DNA of 64,000 nucleotides from NCBI GenBank assembly GCA_965248535.1, contig CBDFJR010000002.1:288001-352000 (forward strand). The letters run 5' to 3'. The notes under the pieces are model-generated. The model worked only from the letters and a program-made list of their open reading frames with translations, was not told the DNA's origin and searched no databases. The position numbers and the translations under genes were made by a program. Of the stretch, positions 9,603 through 18,845 are shown piece after piece. Within the stretch, counting starts at the first letter, position 1, and the number at the start of each line of letters is the position of its first letter. This DNA comes from Phormidesmis sp. GTDB lineage: Bacteria; Cyanobacteriota; Cyanobacteriia; Leptolyngbyales; Leptolyngbyaceae.

Positions 9603-10580
9603 TTAGAGTTTGAGCCGCAGCCAATCGCCCTCGACTTCAGCGATCGCCCCTCCCGGAAATGGATCAGTGCGCGATCGATTGGGCGCATGGATCAGAGCCG
9701 TCATCTTCTCGATCTGCTCAAAATTGGGGCTGACTGTCAACGTTTGTTGCAGAAATTGACGAATCACCCGACGCTGTAGCGCCAGGGGCATTGACTGGAG
9801 GGTCGATCGATTTAGGGCCCGACGATCGCCACTGATGGCGCTTTCTCTCAACTCAGATGCAATTTTTTCGAGATAGTCCACTTCGGCGGTGAGCAGTTCG
9901 GCGGTTTGGGCCAGATTCTGCTCGGCTTGCGGGTTGAAGTGAGTTTGCAAGTAGGGCAACAGTTCTTGCCGAATCCGATTGCGGGCGTAGGTTAAATCTT
10001 GGTTAGTCGTGTCTTCCCAAATCTGAAGATCCAGCGTTTGACAAAATTGGGCAGTCTCGGCGCGAGTGATGTCTAAAAGCGGACGCACCAAATTTAGCGT
10101 TGGCAGCAGCGATCGCTTCCAGACAAGTGCCTGAAGTCCATCGGCTCCGCTGCCTCGAATCAGATTGTAGAGGAGCGTTTCAGCCCGATCGCTAGCGGTG
10201 TGACCCGTGACGATCGTGGTGTAGTGATCAGACTGGGCAATTTTTTTGAAACACTCATAGCGCCACTGTCGAGCCGCCGCCTCGTTAGCAGGCACCTGTT
10301 CGGCAATCTCCAAATGAAACGTGACTTGCCAAACTCTAGCCAAGTTTGCCACAAAGTCTGCGTTTTGCTGAGAATCAGACCGCCAGCGGTGATCGCAGTG
10401 CCCGATCGCAAGGTGCCAGTTCCATTTTGGCTGCAAATCTAGCAGCAGTTTGACCAAGCAGAGAGAATCTTGCCCCCCAGACACCGCCACCAGCAAGCGC
10501 TCACCCTTCGCTAATAAGCGGCGCTCTCTGAGAGTGCGATGAAGGCGATCGTGGAGCGGTGTCCAGAGAGGGCGGCGCAT
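9603..10580 (-). CDS. tilS: tRNA(Ile)-lysidine synthase
   Basis: AVSGGQDS PP-loop, TGHTASDRAET, RPLL, RNRIR; ATG 10580 avoids overlap with the upstream gene. Confidence 0.95.
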   Translation of the reverse strand: MRRPLWTPLHDRLHRTLRERRLLAKGERLLVAVSGGQDSLCLVKLLLDLQPKWNWHLAIGHCDHRWRSDSQQNADFVANLARVWQVTFHLEIAEQVPANEAAARQWRYECFKKIAQSDHYTTIVTGHTASDRAETLLYNLIRGSGADGLQALVWKRSLLPTLNLVRPLLDITRAETAQFCQTLDLQIWEDTTNQDLTYARNRIRQELLPYLQTHFNPQAEQNLAQTAELLTAEVDYLEKIASELRESAISGDRRALNRSTLQSMPLALQRRVIRQFLQQTLTVSPNFEQIEKMTALIHAPNRSRTDPFPGGAIAEVEGDWLRLKL

Positions 10581-10587
10581 GGCTGGC

Positions 10588-10947
10588 TTAATATTTGCCT
10601 TCGTCTGGGTCTTCGTAGATGTTTTCAACAGGTTTAGTGCGAAGTCTGCCGGGGGCTGACGATCGCTCTGGCAGTCTGCCGATTTCTTTGTCGGGAATAA
10701 ACTCTAAGCGAATTCTCACCCTGCCGCGCTGCCAGCCGCCCGTGCCAAAGCGCAGCGACTCACAGGCCAGCCCATCGCCAAACCAGTCTTCACTTTCTTC
10801 TGACCAGTTATCTTCTTGCTCATTAATCGTCTCAGCCAGAGCATCAAGAAACTCGCTGACTTTAAACGTCGGGTTTGACATCAAAACTCGACCACGATCG
10901 ACGAACAGCACTTCGTCATCTCTCAAAGGGGTATAGCCGTTATCCAT
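10588..10947 (-). CDS. KGK-domain protein
   Basis: WFGDGLACESLRFGTGGWQRGRVRIRLEFIPD matches the cyanobacterial KGK family pattern. Confidence 0.8.
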   Translation of the reverse strand: MDNGYTPLRDDEVLFVDRGRVLMSNPTFKVSEFLDALAETINEQEDNWSEESEDWFGDGLACESLRFGTGGWQRGRVRIRLEFIPDKEIGRLPERSSAPGRLRTKPVENIYEDPDEGKY

Positions 10948-10996
10948 GTTGGGTTCTGTCGTGAAGGTCTGAAGAGACTAATTTAAGGGGAACCAG

Positions 10997-11992
10997 TTAA
11001 AGGAACCAGCCATAGCTGTGCAGCCCTTTACCCAGGAGGTTAACGCCAAGATAGCAGACCCAAACCACCACAAACCCAACCGCCGCGAGAATGGCAGGAC
11101 GGCGACCCTGCCAGCCTTTGGTGATTCGAGAATGCAGATAAGCCGCAAACACCAGCCAGGTAATCATTGCCCAGGTTTCTTTAGGGTCCCAACTCCAATA
11201 AGATCCCCAGGCTTCGTTAGCCCAAACTGCTCCGGCAATAATCCCGATCGTCAGCAGTGGAAACCCCAGCCCGATGACGCGATAGCTAATATTATCCAAC
11301 GTGTCAGCCAAGCTCAGACGTTGCGGAGACAGCACCACCGCCGGAGTCATGACAGCATCTAGCACGGCTGTGCCTCCGCTCTGCATGGCAACGGTCGTTA
11401 AGGGATCGTTTGATTCACTTGCCCGGTTGAGCCGATAGGCTTTGTCTCGATAAGCGCCCGTGCCGACTGAGCTACCTCGAAGCTCGACGTTTTGACCACG
11501 AGTGACGACTAGAAAGGCGATCGCTAGCAGCGCCCCCACCATCAGCGTGGCATAGCTCAACATCATGACGCTGACGTGCATCATCAACCAATTAGACTTG
11601 AGGGCGGGCACCAGCGGCGCAGAGGCTTGCATCCCATCGGGCAAGGTCAGGGCCGCAAAGGCCGTAATCGCCATCGCAACAGGAGCCGTGGCCACGCCTA
11701 CCAGTCGGCTAGCGCTCATCGTCTCAGCCAAAAGGTGAATCGTTGTGATGCCCCACACTAGAAAAAACAGCGACTCATAGAGATTGCTCAAAGGAAAGTA
11801 GCCTGCCTCTAGCCAACGTGCGCCCAAAAGCGTGGCAATGCAGAGATTAGCGATCGCCATGCCTGCTGTGCCCAGCGCAGGCAAGTAGGGAATCTGAGGA
11901 AACGCTGCGCCTGTCCAATAAATCAGCATCGTGGCGAATAGGACGGCAAACGAAAAGTTATCTAATACGCCTTGAAGCGCGACCAAATCCAT
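10997..11992 (-). CDS. ccsB: Cytochrome c biogenesis protein CcsB (CcsA/Ycf5 family)
   Basis: WWD motif [33 protein letters not shown]. Confidence 0.96.
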   Translation of the reverse strand: MDLVALQGVLDNFSFAVLFATMLIYWTGAAFPQIPYLPALGTAGMAIANLCIATLLGARWLEAGYFPLSNLYESLFFLVWGITTIHLLAETMSASRLVGVATAPVAMAITAFAALTLPDGMQASAPLVPALKSNWLMMHVSVMMLSYATLMVGALLAIAFLVVTRGQNVELRGSSVGTGAYRDKAYRLNRASESNDPLTTVAMQSGGTAVLDAVMTPAVVLSPQRLSLADTLDNISYRVIGLGFPLLTIGIIAGAVWANEAWGSYWSWDPKETWAMITWLVFAAYLHSRITKGWQGRRPAILAAVGFVVVWVCYLGVNLLGKGLHSYGWFL

Positions 11993-12231
11993 GCAGGGTT
12001 CTCCTCTTGTCTGAGCGACATCTCTAGTCGAGCGGTATGATTCCGCCGTAGATCCATTGTAGAGGGAGTTGAGCGACGAATTAACAGGGTGACTTGCAGC
12101 AGCAATAAAACCCTTTCTCAGCCGTGAAATCGGGCAACTTCTTTAGGTTTTCTTCTGGTTTAGTCTCGTGAGAGCCAGACAACTTTTTTAACAACCGTTC
12201 AGAATAGGGAAACATCATCAGATCAGAAGAG

Positions 12232-13263
12232 GTGCCCGTGGCTTTATATGCTGAACTACATCGTCACCTGGGGGGATCGGTGGTTCCCAGGGTGCTGTGG
12301 CGATATTTAGAGCGGAGTGGCTCAGACTTATCCACTCGATTTCCTGACTACTCTGAGTTTGAAGATTTCTACACGCGACCTCGCAACACTTTAGACGAGT
12401 ATTTAGAACTCCATACCCTAGTGGAGAGTGTGCAGACGGCTGAAGCGCTGCCCTACTTTATCTATCGGCTGATGCGCGGAGCCTACATTTTTGAGAATCT
12501 GGCTTATCTAGAGTTGCGCTATACGCCTTTTTTGAGAACCGATGCTCAACTGAGCCAGTCTCAGCGCATTGACCAAATGGCTGAAATTGTGCAGATTGTG
12601 GGTCAAGCGAGTCAGGTCAAGGAATACCCGATCGTCAGCAGCCAAATTCTCTGTATGCACTCGCGGTTGCCCTATGAGGTGAATCGAGCGATCGTGGAGC
12701 TAGCGGCCCAGTCTGACTATGTTTGCGCGATCGATGTAGCGGGGGGCGATGCTCACTATGCCGATCGGTTGGATGAGTTTGTCGAGCTATATGCCCACGC
12801 CCGATCGCTCAACCTCAAAACCACAGGCCACGTCTACGAGACGACTGAGGGCTGTTATCCAGAACTGTTGCCCTACCTGATGCGAATTGGGCACGGCATC
12901 CAGATTCCACTCCTTCAGCCCCAGTTGCTTAAAGAGGTGGCTCGACGCGGGCAGTGCTTAGAAGTGTGCCCGACGACCTATCTAAAAACCGGGACGATGA
13001 AAGATATCCGTCAGTTAAAGCAGGTCTTCGATCGCTGCTTTGATGCAGGGGTTGACATCGCCATCTGCACTGATAATGCTGGGTTACACAACGTCCGGCT
13101 GCCCTTTGAATATGAGAGCCTGCTCACCCACGATATCATCGGGTTTGAGGAGCTACAGGCGTGTCAAGATGCGGCATTTCGCCATGCGTTTGCCTGGAAC
13201 TATGCCCAGCGTCCGGCTTCGATGTTGACGAGTTTGCTCAAGACTGAGGTCGGGGCAGTTTAG
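12232..13263 (+). CDS. Adenosine deaminase family protein
   Basis: ELHRHLGGS, YLELR, RIGHG, EVCPT, ICTDN. Confidence 0.88.
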   Translation: MPVALYAELHRHLGGSVVPRVLWRYLERSGSDLSTRFPDYSEFEDFYTRPRNTLDEYLELHTLVESVQTAEALPYFIYRLMRGAYIFENLAYLELRYTPFLRTDAQLSQSQRIDQMAEIVQIVGQASQVKEYPIVSSQILCMHSRLPYEVNRAIVELAAQSDYVCAIDVAGGDAHYADRLDEFVELYAHARSLNLKTTGHVYETTEGCYPELLPYLMRIGHGIQIPLLQPQLLKEVARRGQCLEVCPTTYLKTGTMKDIRQLKQVFDRCFDAGVDIAICTDNAGLHNVRLPFEYESLLTHDIIGFEELQACQDAAFRHAFAWNYAQRPASMLTSLLKTEVGAV

Positions 13264-13273
13264 TCAAAAAAAT

Positions 13274-13323
13274 TGAGTTCTGAATCTTGAATGGGCCTTA
13301 CCTACCCCAAGATTCAGAACTCA
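13274..13323. terminator. Inverted repeat, probable bidirectional terminator
   Basis: 16-bp perfect arms TGAGTTCTGAATCTTG / CAAGATTCAGAACTCA between convergent genes. Confidence 0.75.
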
Positions 13324-13338
13324 GTCTTCAAAATCTGA

Positions 13339-13740
13339 TCAAACTCCCCGTTTTAGGGAAACTTCAACCTGTTGAAACTCCTGCTCTAAGCGAGTCTTGA
13401 GCTTTTCGGGCACTGGGCGGTTGGGGTAAGAACTGTAGTGCCCTGCCAGGGAGTTAAGCGCCGTCCGCATGGTGGTAAATGAGTTGAGCTTGAGAATCGC
13501 GGGGTCACGCTGATAGCGAGAGGCAAAGTCGTTAATATTTTTGCGGGCTTCTGCTCTGACAGCGACCTTATCAGGGGAGTCTGCGGAAAGGGCTAGAGCC
13601 GATCGTAGGCTACTGATCACTCCTAGCGTATCGTCGCGATAGTTTCCGGTGAGACCTGTCGTGGAGTCAGAAGAGCAACCTGTCAGCCCGATCGTGACCA
13701 CTAACATCAGAGCCAGTATGCGAGATAAAAAGCGCTTCAT
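13339..13740 (-). CDS. psb27: Photosystem II assembly lipoprotein Psb27
   Basis: Lipobox LTGC; LTGNYRDDT; SFTTMRTALNSLAGHY. Confidence 0.96.
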   Translation of the reverse strand: MKRFLSRILALMLVVTIGLTGCSSDSTTGLTGNYRDDTLGVISSLRSALALSADSPDKVAVRAEARKNINDFASRYQRDPAILKLNSFTTMRTALNSLAGHYSSYPNRPVPEKLKTRLEQEFQQVEVSLKRGV

Positions 13741-13912
13741 AAGCAGTTGGCGGTGAGGAAACGTTACAGTTTTACCATCCTATCGCGATTGGGGCCGGCG
13801 GGATCACTCCCTGAAAGCTGAGTTGCTTAAGAACTGGCAGATTTCACGAGCGAGTGAATGACTTGGGATCGGTTAAAGCACCCACTACGATCGAGGTTAT
13901 TAACCGGAAATT

Positions 13913-15658
13913 TTAAGTTGTGGCAAACTCAGGCTTGCTGACCAAGTTAGTGACAATTTCCTGCATTTCAGCGATCGCCGCACTCTGATTATCTTTTGCC
14001 TGATGAACGTGAGCAATAGTGCCCTCCATCGCCTCAATCTGATGCCGCAAACCATCTGCCGTGTCTTGAATCGGTTGCAGCATTTCTTGATAGAGATTGA
14101 CCTTGCCCGCAAGCTGGGCGGCACTGGCGCTTTGAGACTTTAGCGTAGCGTCGAGTTGTCTTAGCTCGTCACGGGTGGCGGCTTGCTCGCCCGATCGGGC
14201 CTCTACCCTCTCTTGAGTTTCTTGAATGCGGTTGGGAAGCTGCTCAAGCTCACCCTCCAGCTTTTGCAACTCGTCTGCCTGCCGCTGCCGCAGGGCATCG
14301 ATCTGCGTAAACACCTGACTCAGGTCAATGCCGCCGTCTTTCGCCTCTGGGTCGCTTTTCCCCTGTTTTCGGGCTAGCACAGAGCGGTGCTGACGCAGAA
14401 TGCCTTCCTTCTCTTTGAGACTGCGGCGTTGACCCACCAACGTCTGATTGAGAAACTGATAGGCATCTTGCTCGTCAGCGAGTTCAGATTCTAAGGCGAT
14501 GCGATCGTAGTCACCAGACTGCCCAATTTTTGCTTTCAGTTCCTCAAGCTCTTTTTGCTTAAACTCTAATTCCTCTTCTTGCCCGTTGACAAAGCCTGAA
14601 GACATCTCAAAGTCGCGCTGACATTCTTGCACCACTCTCTGAAGTTCGTCTAACGTCAGCTTTTCTAACGCCTCGACATCAATACAATTCACCGTCGCTT
14701 CCATGCCATCTGCTAGGCGATCAAGCTGCTGATGCAGGGTGTCATAGTGCTGAATTTGCAGCCCCAGCATTTGAGCATAGGTTTGCTTGGTCTCCAGAAC
14801 GGCTTGCTGAAGGCTAACTTCGGCTCTCGCTTGCTCTAAAGTCTCTTGAGCCTGGTGCCACTGTTGCCAGCGGCGATCAAGGTCTTGAGATTGACGATCG
14901 AGGTCTGCTTGAACCTGCTGTGAAGTCTCTCTGTGCTGGTCTAAATTTTGCCAGTGTTGATTGAGAATCGCCTGGTGCTGATTGGCTAGCTCAGACGCTT
15001 GATTGACCTGCTCTTGCATCGCTTCGGGCGAAAAGTGTGAGCTAGACAACCGACTCAAAAGCTCTTGAATGGCTTGGGCTTGCTGCTCATCTAAGACAGA
15101 GGCTTGCTGAAGCTCTTGCTGCTCGTCTACTTGCCGTTTTTGCCCCTGTAGCTGATCCCAAGCACCTTCTAGCTCTTGGCGATTTTGCTCTAGCTCGGTC
15201 TGTTGACGCAAAATTTCATCGCGAGTCGTCTCAAACTCTTGCCGCTGTTGCTCTAGCTGCTCAAAATCTTCTTCTAGCTGCTGGAGTTGCTCCCGTCGAG
15301 TCTCCATTTCCATCTCGCGCCGATTTAACTCTTGGCTCTGGTAGGTGAGAGATTGCTTCCACTGCTCAATCTCGTCTTCCTGGTTTTTGAATTTTTCCTG
15401 AAGCCGAGAAAAGTTTTGCAGAATGCTCACCAGAGGTCGCCCGGCTTCTTGAACTCGCTGCACCTGCTTATTGGCCGTCAGGTCAACCAGCAATAAAGTC
15501 CCAGCGCTAAACCGACCTGCTTCGTCTGACTGAATGGCTTCGTCACTGGCCGCGATCCAATTTTGCTCAGACCGTTGACAAGCAAGCAATTTGAGTTCAG
15601 ATTTACCGCCGCCGATAATTCCGCCTTTTTTTTGTATGACTTCTGCTAGATACAGCAC
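13913..15658 (-). CDS. hmpF: Pilus motility taxis coiled-coil protein HmpF
   Basis: N-terminus MLYLAEV...ELKLLACQ; EIEQWKQSLTYQSQELNRREMEME; long coiled coil; divergent from the chemotaxis-like cluster. Confidence 0.92.
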   Translation of the reverse strand: MLYLAEVIQKKGGIIGGGKSELKLLACQRSEQNWIAASDEAIQSDEAGRFSAGTLLLVDLTANKQVQRVQEAGRPLVSILQNFSRLQEKFKNQEDEIEQWKQSLTYQSQELNRREMEMETRREQLQQLEEDFEQLEQQRQEFETTRDEILRQQTELEQNRQELEGAWDQLQGQKRQVDEQQELQQASVLDEQQAQAIQELLSRLSSSHFSPEAMQEQVNQASELANQHQAILNQHWQNLDQHRETSQQVQADLDRQSQDLDRRWQQWHQAQETLEQARAEVSLQQAVLETKQTYAQMLGLQIQHYDTLHQQLDRLADGMEATVNCIDVEALEKLTLDELQRVVQECQRDFEMSSGFVNGQEEELEFKQKELEELKAKIGQSGDYDRIALESELADEQDAYQFLNQTLVGQRRSLKEKEGILRQHRSVLARKQGKSDPEAKDGGIDLSQVFTQIDALRQRQADELQKLEGELEQLPNRIQETQERVEARSGEQAATRDELRQLDATLKSQSASAAQLAGKVNLYQEMLQPIQDTADGLRHQIEAMEGTIAHVHQAKDNQSAAIAEMQEIVTNLVSKPEFATT

Positions 15659-15866
15659 ACTGATAGTCCTCTTCTGTGTCTATGCCCAATCCTAAGACTT
15701 TATTCACTCGAATGGTCTGAGTTTGGTTTCATCGGCTGAGTTTGATGAAGATAAAATTGAGACCTGAGTTTCTCAACGTTTGTCAGAGCAGCCTGTCTTT
15801 TGGCTCTAATTGTCTGCTGCGGATGGTTTCATTAAGGTGCGGGGTTGATAATCAGTCGCCCGATTT

Positions 15867-15875
15867 AGTATGCCC
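15867..15875 (-). promoter_or_regulatory. SigJ/SigF-type extended -10 upstream of hmpF
   Basis: GGGCATACT on the minus strand, one mismatch to GGGAATACT, about 210 nt upstream of hmpF. Confidence 0.55.
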
Positions 15876-16313
15876 AGGGCTTTTGGGTTAGCTCGATCGC
15901 AGTGGGCGCTGATTAAGAAAAGGTCACTTCTCAACTCTGAGGTCGCGGGCTTCTCTAGACCATACTACACAGCATTCCTCGATCGTGCAGGTCGATTCAT
16001 TGCCCTATAATCTAGCATCCCCTTCACGGGTTGGGGAAAGAACTTTTAGATCAGATTCAGAGATTCTTTCAAGAGCTTAGATTGTGGAGGTGTGAGGAGG
16101 GGTGATGCTGCAATTTCTCATGGTTTTTATAAGTGCAGTATTTTATAGATACAGTGCCGTTGCATTGCTTGGGGGGCGGTTTAGGCTCACTAGCCAACCC
16201 GGTTTAAGGGGCGATTAAAAACTAGACGACGAGAAAAACTTTTCTGCTGCTCAAAACCAGGGGCAAAATTAATACAGAGCGCCAGATCACGTTGAGGAGA
16301 CAGATTAACTTGA

Positions 16314-17588
16314 ATGCAAGGACAACTGAGTGAGATTGACATCCGCAGCATCCTGCAACTGATCGAATTGGGTCAGCGTACGGGTGAGCTATTTGTTGAA
16401 GCCTATCCTTCGTCGCCATTGCTATCCTCTGGTGCATCTGCGATCGACTTCCGCAGCACCCGCTCTTTAAGTGGTCAGTCGTGGTTTGCGTTCTTTCTCA
16501 ACGGTCAAATCGTCTATGCAGGAGAAACCGATGTTAGTCTGCTGCGATTGCGAGATTATCTGCGTCGCTACCAGGCGGAGGCTGCTGTCGATGCGATCTC
16601 GTCTGCGTCGATCGCCGCCTTTAACGCGCCAGAATATGGCTATTTATGGGCCTTGATGGAGAATCACAGCTTGACTCCGGCTCAAGGGCGGAGTGTGATT
16701 CAAAGCATGATTCATGAGACATTATTTGATCTTTTGAGTTTGCATCAGGGGTCTTTTATCTTTGAGATTGGCAGCCCTTTAGCGCCTCAGTTAATGACGC
16801 TAGAGACTGCGCCGCTGGTAACGAAGATCATCAAACAGGTGCAAGAGTGGAAGCAGTTTCACCCTCATCTCTATTCACCTGATCAATGCCCTGTGATTGC
16901 TAATGGGACGTTGTTAAAAAAGGCGCTGCCAGAAGCTACGTTTCACACGCTCGATCGCTATGCCGATGGCAAAACATCTCTGCGCCAAATCGCCCGCTAT
17001 CTCAATCGCGATATTGTAACGGTTGCCAGAGCTATCTATCCCCACGTCAAGCGAGGGTGGCTCCAGTTGACTCATCCTGACTTTGATGAAGCGAGGAGTG
17101 GGTCAAAGGCTCGCCCTAGAGAGCTTGAGTTTTGGCAGGCAACCAAGACCCCTAGAGTGGTTTGCATTGACGATGGGGCCACGATTCGCAAAACCGTAGA
17201 ATATATTCTCAACCAGCATGGCTATGAGGTGACGGCGATCGATAACCCGCTTAAAGCTCTGAGCTTGGTGTTTCAACTCAAGCCCGATTTAATTCTCTGT
17301 GACATTGCTATGCCGGAGCTAGACGGTTATGAAATCTGCGCCATGCTTCGCAAGTCAACGGCGTTTCGTCAAACCCCGATCGTGATGTTGACAGGCAAAG
17401 ATGGCTTTATCGATCGCGTCAAAGCGCGCATGGTTGGAGCCACTGACTATTTAACCAAACCGTTTGGCGAAAGTGAGCTATTAATGTTGCTAGAGAAGTA
17501 TGTCGGTCTAGGCAAGCCTAATCAGCCCAAAGCCGACCAACTTTTATCAGATGCCCTCGAAGAAGGATTGGAAACGAATTTAACTTAA
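16314..17588 (+). CDS. hmpA: PatA-type response regulator (HmpA/PilG orthologue)
   Basis: N-terminal PATAN-like domain; C-terminal receiver (CIDDG, CDIAMP, YLTKPF); first gene of the cluster. Confidence 0.88.
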   Translation: MQGQLSEIDIRSILQLIELGQRTGELFVEAYPSSPLLSSGASAIDFRSTRSLSGQSWFAFFLNGQIVYAGETDVSLLRLRDYLRRYQAEAAVDAISSASIAAFNAPEYGYLWALMENHSLTPAQGRSVIQSMIHETLFDLLSLHQGSFIFEIGSPLAPQLMTLETAPLVTKIIKQVQEWKQFHPHLYSPDQCPVIANGTLLKKALPEATFHTLDRYADGKTSLRQIARYLNRDIVTVARAIYPHVKRGWLQLTHPDFDEARSGSKARPRELEFWQATKTPRVVCIDDGATIRKTVEYILNQHGYEVTAIDNPLKALSLVFQLKPDLILCDIAMPELDGYEICAMLRKSTAFRQTPIVMLTGKDGFIDRVKARMVGATDYLTKPFGESELLMLLEKYVGLGKPNQPKADQLLSDALEEGLETNLT

Positions 17589-17721
17589 ATTTTGATCGGC
17601 TTATTTTTAGCGAGAAGCTTATTCTTTCAGGGATTGGGGTACTTTAGTGATTACATGGTTTAAGGTAAACAACGGTGGATTTCACCCGTCATCGGTCAAT
17701 CCAGCAAGCAGGTAAGGGGTT

Positions 17722-18087
17722 ATGAGTACAGTTCTGGTCGTGGAAGACAGCGTCACTCAACGAGAAATGATTACAGATCTGCTCAAAGGGAGTGGGTTGA
17801 CCGTCACCATTGCGACAGACGGAGTTGAAGCTTTAGAGCAGATCCAAGGGCACTGTCCTGACCTAGTTGTGCTGGATATCGTCATGCCCCGAATGAATGG
17901 CTACGAAGTTTGCCGACGATTAAAGGCAGACCCCAAGACGCAGAAGGTTCCGGTGGTGATGTGCTCTTCTAAGGGTGAAGAATTCGATCGCTATTGGGGC
18001 ATGAAGCAAGGGGCCGATGCTTATATAGCAAAGCCGTTTCAGCCTACTGAGTTGGTGGGCACGGTCAAACAACTATTGCGAGGATAG
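17722..18087 (+). CDS. hmpB: CheY-like response regulator (HmpB/PilH)
   Basis: Single receiver domain: VEDS, LDIVMP, KPF. Confidence 0.92.
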   Translation: MSTVLVVEDSVTQREMITDLLKGSGLTVTIATDGVEALEQIQGHCPDLVVLDIVMPRMNGYEVCRRLKADPKTQKVPVVMCSSKGEEFDRYWGMKQGADAYIAKPFQPTELVGTVKQLLRG

Positions 18088-18098
18088 GAATAGAGCCA

Positions 18099-18629
18099 AT
18101 GGTAGGGAATCCGGATTTTTTAACGGGTAGAGGACAGGATCAAGCACCTGAATTTCAGGAATTAGAAAGCCCTGAAGGTGAGTTGCATCTGCGGTTCTAT
18201 ATCTCTTCGGGCAACGAGTTTGCCCTTCCCGCAACTGGCATTCGAGAAGTGCTTTCACCCTCGCCCGATCGCATCACGCCCGTTCCCAATGTGTCGCCTC
18301 TGCTGCTGGGCACTCTCAATGTGCGCGGGCGGGTGGTTTGGGTGGCAGATCTCGGCCAGTTTTTAGGTGATCCGGTTCCTCTCAACACCGATCGTCCTGA
18401 GATTTCTGTGATCGCGGTCGAAGATCAAGACATGATGTTGGGGCTGGCGGTCGATCGCATCGTGGGCATGGCGTGGTTAGATATTGACCATGTGCAAATG
18501 TCAACCACTGCCCCTGATAGTGTCGCGCCTTTTTTGCGGGGAGAATGGGTGTTAACCAACCAAGACAGTCAGTTTTTGCGGTTGCTCGACCAGATAGCGA
18601 TCTTACGATCGGCGCGGTGGGCAGCATGA
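18099..18629 (+). CDS. hmpC: CheW-like protein (HmpC/PilI)
   Basis: ITPVPN, LGTLNVRGRVVWVADL, GLAVDRI. Confidence 0.92.
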   Translation: MVGNPDFLTGRGQDQAPEFQELESPEGELHLRFYISSGNEFALPATGIREVLSPSPDRITPVPNVSPLLLGTLNVRGRVVWVADLGQFLGDPVPLNTDRPEISVIAVEDQDMMLGLAVDRIVGMAWLDIDHVQMSTTAPDSVAPFLRGEWVLTNQDSQFLRLLDQIAILRSARWAA

Positions 18630-18845
18630 TCAATGAGCCAAAACTGATCACTGTCTGTACAATCAATGCAACGGAGCGATCAAAGACAAGTTTTGCATCC
18701 TTGGACAGCATTCATCCCTATCAGATGTATTATTTTCACCTTACACCGACTGCTCCCTTTTTTCTAAGTTTGCCTACGACCAAACTCAATTTTAAGAGCA
18801 GAACTTCGAGAACAACGGCAACCACGCACTTGCAGGAGAAGGCAC

